A stretch of DNA of 64,000 nucleotides from Carcharhinus longimanus (taxonomy: Eukaryota), in NCBI GenBank assembly GCA_030264375.1, contig JASCQW010000043.1, positions 40,296,284-40,360,283 of the forward strand. Reading direction: 5' to 3'. A program made the translations under genes and the position numbers. Positions 41,680 through 54,929 of this stretch are shown one piece after another. The notes beneath the pieces are model-generated. The model was not told where the DNA came from, did no database searches, and saw nothing but the letters and a program-made list of their open reading frames with translations. How positions within the stretch are numbered: the stretch's first letter is position 1; the number at the start of each line of letters is the position of its first letter.

Positions 41680-41810
41680 CAGTGTTCTCTTTCCTTCTTT
41701 CTATGCTCTGCAGCACCTGCTGCAGGCTCGGATGATCAAACACTGCAGGTAAAAAAGGAATCCTGAAGAAAAAGCCAGACCAGCTGGCTTTGAAGAGAAA
41801 CCCCCCCTCT
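41680..41810 (-). other. mef2c: Non-coding first exon of a MEF2-family gene, Mef2c skeletal-muscle exon-1 type
   Basis: Minus strand reads GGGGGGTTTCTCTTCAAAGCCAGCTGGTCTGGCTTTTTCTTCAGGATTCCTTTTTTACCTGCAGTGTTTG...CAGCAGGTGCTG...CACTG|GTGAGT. This is near-identical to the 5' end of human MEF2C muscle-type transcripts as I recall it. Canonical donor with the intron starting at 41679. The TSS is approximate and the paralogue identity is not proven. Confidence 0.65.
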
Positions 41811-41899
41811 TCGGGATGAGTTTGCTTCGGACTGTTTCTACACTGAAGACAGAGTCTTTTTCCCCTTTCGATGTTGACCTATAGTTGCATGATGCTTTG

Positions 41900-41970
41900 C
41901 ACAAGTGGCTGGTTGCCCTGCATCCACCTGCTTCTGTCACTCTGGGGTAAATTTAGCCCTGGAAGGTATC
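41900..41970 (-). promoter_or_regulatory. Myogenic promoter/enhancer core: MEF2-like site plus E-box
   Basis: Minus strand ACCTTCCAGGGCTAAATTTACCCCAGAGTGACAGAAGCAGGTGG. MEF2-like CTAAATTTAC at 41947-41956 and E-box CAGGTG at 41925-41930, in the order and with the flanks I recall for the mouse Mef2c skeletal-muscle enhancer. Confidence 0.75.
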
Positions 41971-44479
41971 ACTAACAGGCAGACCTTTGTCAGTTCTGGC
42001 AAGAGAAATAGGAGTACTGCCCAAGTAAGCATGAACAGGGTTCAGATGGAAAAATGAAATCAGGAGTCTTGTCCAAAAATCATTNNNNNNNNNNNNNNNN
42101 NNNNNNNNNNNNNNNNNNNNNNNNNNNNNNNNNNNNNNNNNNNNNNNNNNNNNNNNNNNNNNNNNNNNNNNNNNNNNNNNNNNNAATCAGGAGTCTTGTC
42201 CAAAAATCATTTTTTTGCCAATTAAATTACTTTCATATGCTAGAAAGTAATGTTTTACTTCTAACTGAACATTATTCTTACGGCAGTACACTATATTTAG
42301 TAGCTAATACATTGCAACTTGTAGGTTGACATTGCTTCCTAAGTTAGATTAGTTGCACAAGGAAGTTTTTCTCTGTCACAGTTTTTCCATTTTTAAAAAA
42401 CATGGAAAGTTTTGTCTTCAGAGTATTAATTGTTAAACTGTTGTTGGGAACAAGTTGAAGTTCATACTGTAATCTTCTATCACCAGCAGGTAAAGAGTTA
42501 AAATATTAATGTGAACCAAGCAGAAAATAATATACCAAATTGATTGTAAGTATATTTCATAATGTTTCAATATTTGAACTGTACAGTTTATGACGTTTGT
42601 ATTTTGTAAAAAGGTAGATTAAGGAGTAACCACTCAATAGTGATGCAAATATATTACAGCTGTGAAACTTGAATAAAACCTGAGTTACATTATTTACGAT
42701 ACCAATCAACAAGCCATGCCAAATCTTCTACTATAAATTCTAAAGAAAAAATGTTTGGTTTATGAAAGAGACTAATGTCAAAGAAGAAAAAGAAAAGATG
42801 TGGTTTAACATTTTCCCTTTTGTTTAAGTTGTCCTAAACGCAGTAATGTTTCTTGTTTTGTATTTCCACAACAGGAAGAAAATGTTTCTACGATACTATT
42901 ACACTTAATGCCATAATAATGTTTAACAATAAAGCATGTATCATTTATGAATAGTAACAATAAGGCTACCTGCAAGGTGCAAAATAACAATAGATAATAC
43001 AATGAATGGTGTTATGAATTATCACCTAGTGCTTTTAGCTCTCAAACTGGAAAACACTAAAGCAAACTTTGAACCAGATTACTCACATGTCTCTGTTTGT
43101 AAATTTGTCTACTTTTGAAGGCACTGTAACACCAGTGCAATTTCAGAGTTGATCCATACAGTTGAGTGCACTATTATTAAACTGTGAGTCAAGAGCAGTT
43201 TTGTGTTCCATAGTCATGTTCACTAGGAACCAATCTATTATCGGACAAGCCCATTTCTACGTGACATTAAAATCAAACCCCATAATCTGTGGAACTGCAA
43301 TGATGATACTTTGGTCCAGAAGTAACAATTATACTGTAGCAAACCTCACATCAGTATAGCAATAACATCATTCTGGCAAGCACAGTGGCCATTACTAGCT
43401 CTGAGGTGCTCATGTCCAGCCAGTGCAAACACAATGATCTCATCAGTGCCTTAACCATTCAGAAGTTTTATTTTGAAGACTGTTACTCGTAACAATGTCT
43501 CCTTTGTAGTTTTAAATGTGTAAACAATATTGTTTTTGAAATTGCCAACTTCTTGCTTTGTGTTCAATCCTGGGTCACAAAAATCCAGACACCTACGTTA
43601 ATGCAGCCTTAAATGAGAATTATTTGACACGGTTAGTTACTTTTGTCAAAATATTATTTGGTAACAGATGCTGATAATATTGACTCTTAACATTTCACTG
43701 TCATTTATTTCAACATTGATTGAAATTAATATTAATTTTTGAATAATGATACAGATTTTGTGTTCAAATCATATACACTATATGGCAAGGTGAAACCAAA
43801 TTAAGATTTTTATGTAGACACAAGAATATTTTTACCAAGTTATGTTGCCAGAGCTAAGATATGGAAATTATTATTAGCATTCTGTCATTAGATTAACAAG
43901 TAACCCAAGCAATATTATTTGTGGCCTCAAAAGAACAAGCAATACAAGTGTTATGTTTCCCTTAATAAGTAATTCAAATGGATGGTATTCAAAACTGCCT
44001 GACTGAGCAAACATGCTTCATACGACACTCAAAAAAAAGTCCCACTTCATTAGAGTTTATGATCTTCTGTTCCAGCATGACCATATTAGCAAAAACAGTG
44101 AACAATGTATGTAAGACATTGACCTGTTAAGCCAAATTCAGCTGGCAAGATTTTACAAGCACATTGTCTTTCTGTTTAACCCAGAGCTGATATTCAACCA
44201 CCATGTGTTTGATGGAGGTGACAAGGGTCTCGCCTGCTGGCTGGAGAGCCAGTGAGACTCCTGCTTCACCTTATTTTGAGAAAACCCACTACATTAAATG
44301 TCACTCAGACAGTTACCTGGACATTGGCAGGCCATCTCCAGGATCAAGGACCATGGGGGCAAATTACCTGTTGAGGGATGCCAGCCAGTCAGCGGCCAGT
44401 AAATCTATTGAATGGCAGTGGTTGATATCAGTATGAAAGCTACCTAAGGCTTTGGATCTAAGGCTTACCTAAGGCTTTT

Positions 44480-44733
44480 ATTAATTACGTGGCGAAAAAC
44501 TGCAGCAGGCGACGGTGCAGAGGGACCTCGGGGTCCTTGTGCATGAGTCGCAAAANNNNNNNNNNNNNNNNNNNNNNNNNNNNNNNNNNNNNNNNNNNNN
44601 NNNNNNNNNNNNNNNNNNNNNNNNNNNNNNNNNNNNNNNNNNNNNNNNNNNNNNNGATCTTATTGAATGGCGGGGCAGGCTCGAAGGGCTATATGGCCTA
44701 CTCCTGCTCCTATTTCTTATGTTCTTATGTTCT
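44480..44733 (+). mobile_element. CR1 fragment spanning a gap
   Basis: QRDLGVLVHESQ before the gap and the tail TTCTTATGTTCTTATGTTCT after it. Confidence 0.8.
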
Positions 44734-45719
44734 ATCACAGAGGATATGTGAATAAAGGGAGAAGTTTCACAGGGTGGAGGTCATGGGAGTGGGGGAGGAG
44801 GATTAGCATCAAGGGCCATTATTTATCTCTTAACACATCTGCAAAGTGCATTTTGTTATCTGCATAAGAACATAAGAACAGCAACTTTAAAAGTCAGACT
44901 TTGATAACATCACAACTCCGGATGAATTTTGAATTCCCAACTCAAGTGCAATGGGTCTTGGAGAAAAAAAGCTAAATGGTTACTATTGTGGTCATTGCAT
45001 CATGTCACTCTCCACTTCATTTTGCCAAAGAATTTCAGGGGCTTTCCAAAGAAGGCAAGCCTAGTGCACAAGGACAATAAGAATGGAAATGAATAAGGAA
45101 GGTGTGTTCATAGCTTACCACCTCAGTTGTTTCTGCCTTCATAAGAAAGGTAGAAGAAGGGGTACCAAGATGGCTGTTGTCAGTGCCGGACCTGGCTCAC
45201 TCAGACTGAACAATCTGAGGGGGGGCACGCAATAAGGCAAGACAGAGTTTTGAAAAAGTAATATTCCTTTGAAGTTGGCCAAATCACCTTCATGCATGGA
45301 TGTCTTCAAATTGATGTTTTCCGACAAGCCTGCAGTTCACACGTATTCCCATTCTAGTATCGAGGCCTAGAATCCAGCTGAGAGATAATCTTGCACTGGA
45401 TATGTAGTCGGACAAAAGGCCCTGCCCCCTGAGTTTCGGCATATTGCGAAAAAGAGCTGGAGGGCATTGCATCTGTCTTCTAGGAAAGCAGGAAGGGAAG
45501 AAATTGGGTTTAAATGTGAATGTCATAATTCAACCAACTTTGCTGACCACTTTTCAGAACACTTCTGTGCAGTCTGCAATTCTGACCCCAAGCTTCCAGC
45601 CACTGTCATTTTAATTCATCACCTTGCTGTCACATTGACCTCTCTGTCTTCAGCCTTCTTCAATGTTTCAGTGAAGCTCAAGGTAAGTTTGAGGAAGAGC
45701 ACCTCATAGTCATCAAAGA

Positions 45720-46375
45720 GTTAACACAACACAAAAGGAGACCATTGAGTCTATGTCAGTTCTCTGGAGAGCGTCCTCCAGTCAGTTACATTTCCCCACT
45801 CCATCTCTGCAGTCCTTCAAGTTTATTCCCTTCATAGTGCCCATCCAATTTCCTTTTGAAGTCATTCATTGTCTCCACTTCTGCCACCCTCATAGGCAGC
45901 AAGTTCCAAGTCATAACCAATGGCTACGTAAAAAATATCTTCCACTCCAACTGTTGCCAACATCTCAGATCTGTATCCCTTAGTTCTGTACCATCGGATA
46001 GTGTGACATTATCTACCTTATTTCAATCTTTCTTAATCTTCTACACCTCTATTAGATCTCGTCTCAATATCCTTTGCCCAAAGAACAACCCCAGCATGTC
46101 CCACCTAACCTTGTAGTTAAAATCCTCATCCCTGGAACGGTTCTGATAAATCGTCTCTTCACCCAGTAAATGACACTGACATTCTACCTAAAGGTTGGTG
46201 ACTGGAACTGAACATGGTATTCCAATTATGGCTTAACCAGAGCTTTACAAATGTTCGGCATAATCTCCCTGCTTTTGTACCCAATGTCTTTACTCATGAA
46301 ATGGAAGAACTCATGCTCTTTTCTAATGTCTCACTCTCTTATGTCCTACCACCTTTAAAGATCTTACAATTAGAA
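45720..46375 (-). mobile_element. Decayed CR1 3' end
   Basis: Homologous to 9900-10620; typical CR1 ORF2 C-terminus and UTR in reverse. Confidence 0.6.
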
Positions 46376-49300
46376 GTCTTGTGAACTCAACATTGACTTC
46401 AACAGTTTAATATTGCAATCTCTATCTCCAATTTGTTTCAATTCTCTTTGCAGGCTTCGGCTTTACTCTTGTTTTTGATTTTGAACAGCAACTAATCATC
46501 ATTTTGCTTTCAATATCTCATAGAAACACATCAACCATTTCTTTACTTGTCCTATTGTCACTCCCTTTGGGATCACTGCTTTTGCCATTAAAGATCTCCT
46601 GATTTTCATCCTGTCTCAGACCTTTGTTTCTATTTCTTTTTCACTTCCCTCTTATGCTTGCTTAAACCTATTACGTTTCTAACCTTTTCCAATTCTGATG
46701 AGATCATTTAAAAAAATTTTAAACTCCATCCCTTAAGTCACAAAGCTAATGCTCAGAGTGGACCAGGCAAACCCAAATCCATTCCTTGCTTGCTCCAAAA
46801 ACTAAATTCAAATTCCAATTGAATCCAATTCATGGTCCCCACAAAACAGACAAGCAAAATCAAAGCTAACAAGATAATCTATCACACCATCTTGGGTTTG
46901 ATCTGATGCTTGATCTTTGCCAAAAGGTTGAGAAGTGATTAGAGATCATTAAAATGAAACATTAGGCGTAATCCTTTGAAGGCAATTAGGATCTCGGACC
47001 CCATCTGGAGATTGAGCAAGAGCTGCACCTCTTTTCAGGAAGCCAACTGTATCCTGTTCCTCAAATAACTTGACAAGCCAGTGACAGTTCTTTATCACAG
47101 ACCCTGGGGCTGGAAGACCTGCTGGCATTGGATCAAGAAATGTCCCAGGCATAGGTGGGAAGGGGTTCACATTAATGGGGGAGGGGAGTATCGCAGGGGT
47201 GTATGGATCTCTGATACTTCCTGATTCTGGGTCCAAACTTAGGCACTGAGTACCTTTGAAAGAGTACCCCACCTCCATGCCCCAATCACCCCCAGGAACC
47301 TATGAGCTTGCTTGCGTAAAGAGTCCCCTCCTCCACCACTGTTAATACCAGAGCTAGTAATATATGAGGCCCTTAAATGGGCATTAATTGCCTCAATTGG
47401 TCAGGATGTGAAGGCCTTGCTGTGATGGACTTCATAGGGCTGGGGGCAGGATGGTGGTGGAGTCCCTACCTGCTACACTCCCACCTGAATAAGAGCCCCA
47501 CCACAATACTCATCACAGGGAACGGCACAAGATTCCACCTGTTAACTCTGTTTCCCTCTTCACAAATCCTGGCTGTGTATTTCCAGCATTCCTGTTTTTG
47601 GTTTGGATTTCCAGCATCAGCAGTATTTTACTTTTGATTCAATCTTTTTTTGTGAAAAGAACTCTGAATGTAAGGAATAACCTCTGCTCTTGGTTTCTGA
47701 CTGCAGATAGTTTTCTCTCAGTCCAGCTACAATAATGAGCTCTATGTCATTGTAGATTGGCTTCTTTGTTATATAACAGACTAGTTGGGCAACACACCTT
47801 ACACCTCCTGCGCAGCCCTTGATTTTCACAGGAATCCACTGCATTTGGACAGGAAACCAATGTAACGATATATTGGAATCAATGACAGAATAACAAATGA
47901 GAAAAATAACTGGTTGAAGTGAAACTTTTCTACAATGTGAATCAAATACTGGAATGCATCTGGAAAACATTTAACGATAGGATTATTTAAATCCTTCCAT
48001 AACTGGTGAACACACATTTGGCATGTTTTACATTTTCTGCTGCTCTGCTTTCAAAAGGTTGTGGTGGGGAGGTGTTTCCACAAACAAGATATTCAAGGAT
48101 TTAAAACTAATTTGGTTAGACCGACTTACCAAACTGAAATTGTTTTACTGGCAGAGAGAAGATTTAGAGGACAATAACCTCAGGTCTTTAACATACTGAA
48201 TATTTCTTACACTACCGTACTAGAGTGCCCACACTTCCAAAGTACTTTGAAACGCCCTGCCATCATAAAAGTCCCTATATAAGTGTAAATGCCTTTTTAA
48301 AGAACGTGGATAATGAAGAAATAAAAATGTTGCATCATTTCTTAAATGATTATGGAAACTAGAAGATACATATAAAATTGCTAAGCCTCATGTGAGCCTC
48401 AGGATTTGAATCTTTATGGTTGCCAAGTGAAAAGGAATTCAGATTCCAGTTGGATCCAGATCTAAATGATCATGGAACTGAAAACTATGACATTGTGATA
48501 TTCTTTAAAAAGTACTCTCATTTGTGCGCTTCTAAAACTATAAAAATATTACCTGGTGAACAATATCGGTTTAAATATGACACTTTTATGCTATAATTCT
48601 TATTCTTCAGGAGACGGAAAATATACACAGTTTTATCTTCTTGAAATTCTTCTCTATATTCATCCACTTCCCTCACAGGCAACTAAATCCATGTGGTGCA
48701 AATTGAGTCTGAGGAAGGAATGGGTTAAATGGGCTGGATGACTTTTGCTTCTGTATTTTCTATGTTGATGAAACTAAAGCAGCCTTGGATCAGGAGACAG
48801 TCTTCCAAATATGAATAACAGCAATATCAGATTACTTAAAAAGTACTATGCTCCAAAATGAAATAGATTGGATACTAAGTATGTTTGATTAATTTTATTT
48901 TCCTCACATTGCTTTTCACTTTTATAGTACCTTTAACTAATGCAATAAGATGCACTGAAGCATTTCATAGGGCTGATAATAACTAACTAATACATACTGA
49001 GCCATGTAGAAGAAAAGTTGAGATGTTGATTAAAGAAAAGTTCAGGGAGGCAAAGCTTTAAGAAAGTTTTTGAAGTGAGAAATAGCAAGTTGAGATCTTG
49101 AGGGAGAGTATTCCAGAATATACAGGCAATGTCACTGAAAGAATAGAAGGTAGACTGGTATAAACTGAGCCAGTACCAGAAGAATGGAGGGCATGTGCTA
49201 GAACATTAGTATGAATGATTTGAGGAGGTATGGGGAGGATTGTCATTGAGAGGCTTGTATATGTAGATGATGATAATTTTTAGATCAATATTTTTCAATC

Positions 49301-52029
49301 TCCGAATTTACAGTTGGCATGATCAAGGTATGTGTCCATTAACATGCAGGCAATGGATTTTTAGTTGAGTTATAACTTGTGAAAAGTGGCACTCAAGAAA
49401 CTGGCAAGGAAATCATTGGTGTAATTCAGCATTGAGATGACAAAGATGTTGCAACAGCAGTAAAGGTGTGGATTTCAGTAATAAAGTGCAGCATTCTGAT
49501 TTATAAAATGCTCTGACATTCAAATCTTTGCACGATGTATAAGTCCAAATAAATAACAGGTTGCATTAAGTATAAGTCACTGGAAATCCACATGCTTCAT
49601 CCGCATGTATGAAAGATATTACAACTTCAACACAAGGGGTTTAGTTATCTTGTTGGTTTAACTGATTGACTTTAGTTGAATCAGAATCAGAAATCTTTGG
49701 TGGAGTCTTACACTTTCAAAAGTAAATAATCTTTCCATTCTTTTACTTGTATGTAAACAGGTACTCACTAAGACATTCATCTCCACAGGAGCATCACTTT
49801 TAGATTAAACATAAACCAAATATGCATCACCAAATCACCATGGCAACAAAGTAAGCACCTCACTTATTACAACATTCAGTTAGTCCTTTTTTCAGAACTG
49901 TGATACTGCGTATTAAGTCAGTGACAGCCTTTATTCAATAATTCTATAGAAGAAATTGGTTTTTTTGGAAGCTGCTAAGAACAAAGTAGATTCTTGATTA
50001 TGCATCACAGTGAAACTTGTGTTTTTAGCGTATAAAACAATTAAATTGCACAGATCTTTGTGTAATTTTCAGCAGTTTAAAAAAAAAACAATCTTCGTTT
50101 GCTTTTAATGAATGAATTAGCAAACATTTTTATTGTGCAATCTGGGTGTTGCCCATCCCTAATTGCCCTTGAACTGAAAGGCTTGCTAGACCATCACTGG
50201 ATCTGAAGGCATCTGGCCAGACCAAGTAAGGTTGGCAAATTTCCTTCCCTAAAGGAAATTAGTGCACCAAATGGATTTTCACATGGTCACCATTACTAAA
50301 ATGATCCTTATATTCCAGATTTATTAATTGATTTTAAATCCCATTAGCTGGCATGGTAGGATTTGAGATCATGTCCCCAGATTATTAGTCCCATGAGATT
50401 ACCATAATATCGCCATTACTTGCAATTGTAAGGGTTTTCTTTCACAACCACCATTTTAAAGACCATGCTGGGTTTTAATAGCAAGTGACCAGGACTTACT
50501 TTATGTAATCCATTTTTATCACTAACTAGAGACTTCTCCAGTAACCCTCAGTAGTTTTTAGAAAGTGTTCTATAGACTGAAGTATTTTCAGATCTAACCA
50601 AATATAATCAGTGTACTACTAGATTTTTGACAATTATCAATTATGTATTGCACCTTGAAAAACAGGATAGTTTGCATGGCCAACTTCTCAATCACCAACT
50701 CAATAGCACATGACTACAGAAAGTCAGATGTGTCAACCAGACTGGTTACATTTTAAAGCACCAAACATCCACCTTTTCATACCAAATAAAAGATACAAGC
50801 ATCCCATTTCCTAGATACATGCATACTTGCATGCACAATCCTGTGTGATGGTGCGTAACCAATGTTACCCATTATACACCCTCTGTTCATACAGAAGTGG
50901 AGAAAAATAGATTTTTGATGCAGGAACAGAGAACAGTTCAATTCTGCAAAAAAGTTGCTGAAAAGAACAAAGGAAAGTAGAAGCTGCAAATGAGACACAG
51001 ATTTAATCACCATTGTGAAGTAAATGCGAACTGCACTCATCCAGGCTTTTTTGAAGGCTGTTAAAATTAAGCTGGTTCATTTGGACATTAATACATACAT
51101 TTTAAAAGACTGAATATAATTTTTAGTTTGCCGACATACTGACGACTGCACATCACTATAATCAGCAAATCAGTAAATTTTAAAAGTCATTTTCAGTTAT
51201 TTAACATTGGGTTATTCACAAGTGTGAATTAGACACTTGTTAAAAATGCTTTTTTTTTTGTGATAATCCTATTTGCAGTTCCTTTAGTAAAACTGCACTA
51301 GATTACTATTATATCAAGGAATATTTCCTGAAGCAAAACATTTTTAAAATTGCGTTCTAAAATGCTGCCTGATTGTGCTGGTTCTTGGCAGATTTTACAT
51401 TTGGCATTAGGCAAAACCATACTGCAAACCTGGGTGTGACTTGCAGAAACTACCCCTGAATTACTTCCCTGAGAAATTTATGATCGATTGGTGAATTTAT
51501 TTTTGTTGGCAAATAGCTTATTTCAAGATTAATGTATCAAATGTGAAAATTGGCTGCTCTTGTTTATAACATTTGCATTACAAAGACAATATTAAACAGT
51601 TGAATTGTGTATATCTGTAACTCACAACTTATTTCATGATTGCATTTAATCTTGTGTTGAAGGAATGAGGACATAATTACGTAAAACATTAGTCATTAAT
51701 AATGATTACTTTGCAGTACTGTGTTGCCTAATAATTGAACATTGGTTAGTTTGCTGGATTTTATTGACTCAAAATAGAATATTTGCTTGATGTACTCAGA
51801 CCCCTACAAAAATAGTATATTTTGCTAATTTATTGTAAAACATTTTGATCCTTTGCACAGTACTGATCATCTCATGTACATCTCAGTATACCCAATTTAT
51901 TTGTTTGCTGGAGCAGACAAGTGAAGGAGCAGAGAGAGAGATAAGAAATTACCTGTTTAAAAACCTGTTTAAATAAGTTTAAAGCACTTTGTACCTTGTA
52001 GAACTGTTTAAATCATTTAAAAGCATTTT

Positions 52030-52490
52030 TGCAGGCTTTTTGTATTTACCGCTTTAAGAACTCTGAGGGCGTGGTTAGAAGGGAGTTGTGGGCCAGCAAG
52101 CTTTAAATCAGCGCCAGGTTTAAAAGGAGGCCTGGTATAGATGGTGGGCAGCGGAGTGAGGGGGAAGCAGAGTGAGCTATTAGGGCTTAATATCAAAAGG
52201 GCTGGAGAGAAAAAGGGCCAGGTGAGTTCGTGTGGAAATTTTCAATACTACTACAGTGAATAATGGAGGGGCATGTGATGTGTNNNNNNNNNNNNNNNNN
52301 NNNNNNNNNNNNNNNNNNNNNNNNNNNNNNNNNNNNNNNNNNNNNNNNNNNNNNNNNNNNNNNNNNNNNNNNNNNNNNNNNNNGAATGTGGAACTGAGCC
52401 AAGACAGATCAGCCATGATCTTATTGAATGGCGGGGCAGGCTCGAAGGGCTAGATGGCCTGCTTCTGCTCCTATTTCTTATGTTCTTATT
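52030..52490 (+). mobile_element. Probable CR1 element with 5' end and 3' tail flanking a gap
   Basis: A GC-richer leader precedes the gap. After it is a tail nearly identical to 44656-44730. Confidence 0.5.
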
Positions 52491-54929
52491 TGAGACTTTT
52501 CATAGTGCTTTCATTAGAATGGATAATTTCACTGAATATTTAATATAATTCTCTAGCTACTTTGTCACAATTATTTTTAAGGGAGTATAAGTAGGGCCCA
52601 GCCTAAGGTGTTGTCTCAATTTGATATGTATAGGAAATAGTACGAGCTTTACTCAGGACAAGGGACAATAAAGGTGAAACCAAAAGAGACCAATAAAGGT
52701 GAAGATGAGAAATGATTGAATAAGTCACAAATGGTGGTCAAAAAACTTTAAAAGTTTTATGTTCTAGTTGTATTTTCCATAGGAGAGTTTACTGCAAGGG
52801 AAGACACAGAAAGTTGTTCAATTGAAGTGGATAGGAAAATGTGGGTTGGTAGGACTACAAGGGAGTGATTTGTGATTGACCCTGTTACACACTGCCAATG
52901 CTGCCAGATCTGCTGTTCATTAAGTTTAGAGTGATTATGAATAGGAACAAGCAACAATCAGGAGTGTAGGGCAGGATTTTTCCATCCTGCTGCCATGGTT
53001 TTTTAGGCAGAAACGGCAGGAGCAGAGAATCCAGCAGAGGCAAATAATCAGAAATTCACTGACATAAAAGTAGTTTGCAATTTTTCCGATGGTGGGTTAA
53101 TGGCAGGTTGGTTATCCCACTGCCTAGTGACATGAATGCTATCTATATGTTCATAAGTGCTCTTTGAAACTGTTTTTGCAGGAATCTTGTGACGGCTTAT
53201 AATCTTGCATTACACCAGCGGGAAATGCACACCAAAGAATTGGTGTGCATATGTCAGACCTCAATTCATCTGTGACTTTGAGGTGAGTGCGAAATTTAGA
53301 ACTTACCTGCCATGGCGCTGTGCTGGTCTTGTTGTAATGAATGTAATACTGCTAGGGTTATAGGGTTGGTCTCCTTCCATTCTTTACCTCCATTATCCAG
53401 ATGGATATTACTGTCCAGTGCTCCTCTATACAGACACTGATCAGTATAGTGCCCGGGTGTGGGGAGTACAAGGGTACTCTGCTCCTACTGACTATCATCA
53501 TTGTCCAGGACACCACTGTGCAATGGCACCAAGGCAGAATTCACTTTCACAAATGACCACTGAGACCATGGGTGGAATGTGGGGAGGATAGGGATGATGA
53601 ACACAAGGAGGGCAATGGGGGATGAAGACCATGCAAGGAGTGTGAAGGGGAGGAGGAACAATGGAAGGCAGAGGGTAATCTGAGGTGTGGGAAGCTGGAA
53701 CCTGACAACAATACATGAAACAAGGGAGTGAAAGAAATAACACATGTTTGAATGGATAGAGATTGCACTCAAATTCTAGGGGAATAGGAAAGGGGCATTG
53801 TTAATGTGGCAAAAAAAAAGGGTCACATGGCAATCAGAACAGGGGTGGTTTTGAAGGGGCCACAGTAGCCCTCAGACTTCTTGGCAATAGGGAATTCTGT
53901 AAATGTCAACGTCCTTGGTTTGGGCTTGCAGTGAGGAGACATAGAATACAGATACACCTGTGTTGATGTGGAAAGGGACCAGAGAATAGAGGTGGTTCAG
54001 GATCTATGTGGACATCATTGTGAGAAAGCAGAAATTGTCATCAGTCCTAGGATGGGCAGGGCAATGTGAAGCTTTCCTTGGGGGAAGAGGGGGGAGGTTT
54101 CCCAATGATGACCATGCACACAGCCTCTAGATGGAGTGGATAGAGGTCCATATGGGACATGGGCATGTCACATATTATGGGCTCGGGGGGAAGAGTAGGA
54201 ATGTCCACCAGAAGAACTATGGGATCCAATAATATTGGTTGAGACTGGGCAAGAGATTTCTCTGCCTTCATATTGTGAAGTTCCAAGTATATATTTAGTG
54301 TGAGAGAGGGAATGTCGAAGCTTGTTTCAGAGTAGTAGTGAAGAACCACCATCTTGCTATAGCATGGTTGAGGCGCAGTTGTATATCAGAAGTACTGGCG
54401 AATCTAAGTGGGAAAGGTCTGAGGCAGCATGTGGGAGCTTGCTGCTGCTCTAAGGGGGTGTCCTTTAACTTGTTGGTGCCACAAGAGTGAACAGGAGTCT
54501 GATTAGAAAGAAAGGAGGAAGATCGCCTTGCGGAAAAAGTCACTGAGAGCCAATGCCTTAATCAGTGCTGTTAAAGTGGTATTCAGACCTCGGCGGCCCC
54601 TGCATTTCAAGCATAACAAAAAGGAATAAAAATTTGGAAATGCAGGCAATAGTGAAGGAGGCACAGCTGCATCACATATGACATTCCATGGTGAATGCCA
54701 GTCACATGTTCACCAGAACTGGCATTCATAATGAGCCAAAGGGCATCCATTCATTAACCATGAAAAACTGATCATTTTATGGCCACATCAGAGATTGGAG
54801 CATTGCGCTAGATTGGGTCACATATCATTTAATCATATCATTCCACACAAGGCTCCAGATGTTACATATCTGGGGTGGCATATTAGTCACCTCATGTGCG
54901 AGTATTTTAGGAACCAGGCTTTTTCAGAC

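Noticed and set aside
42058-42211. 27-bp direct repeat AATCAGGAGTCTTGTCCAAAAATCATT
   Set aside because: The copies sit exactly on both sides of a 100-N gap, which indicates an unmerged contig overlap.
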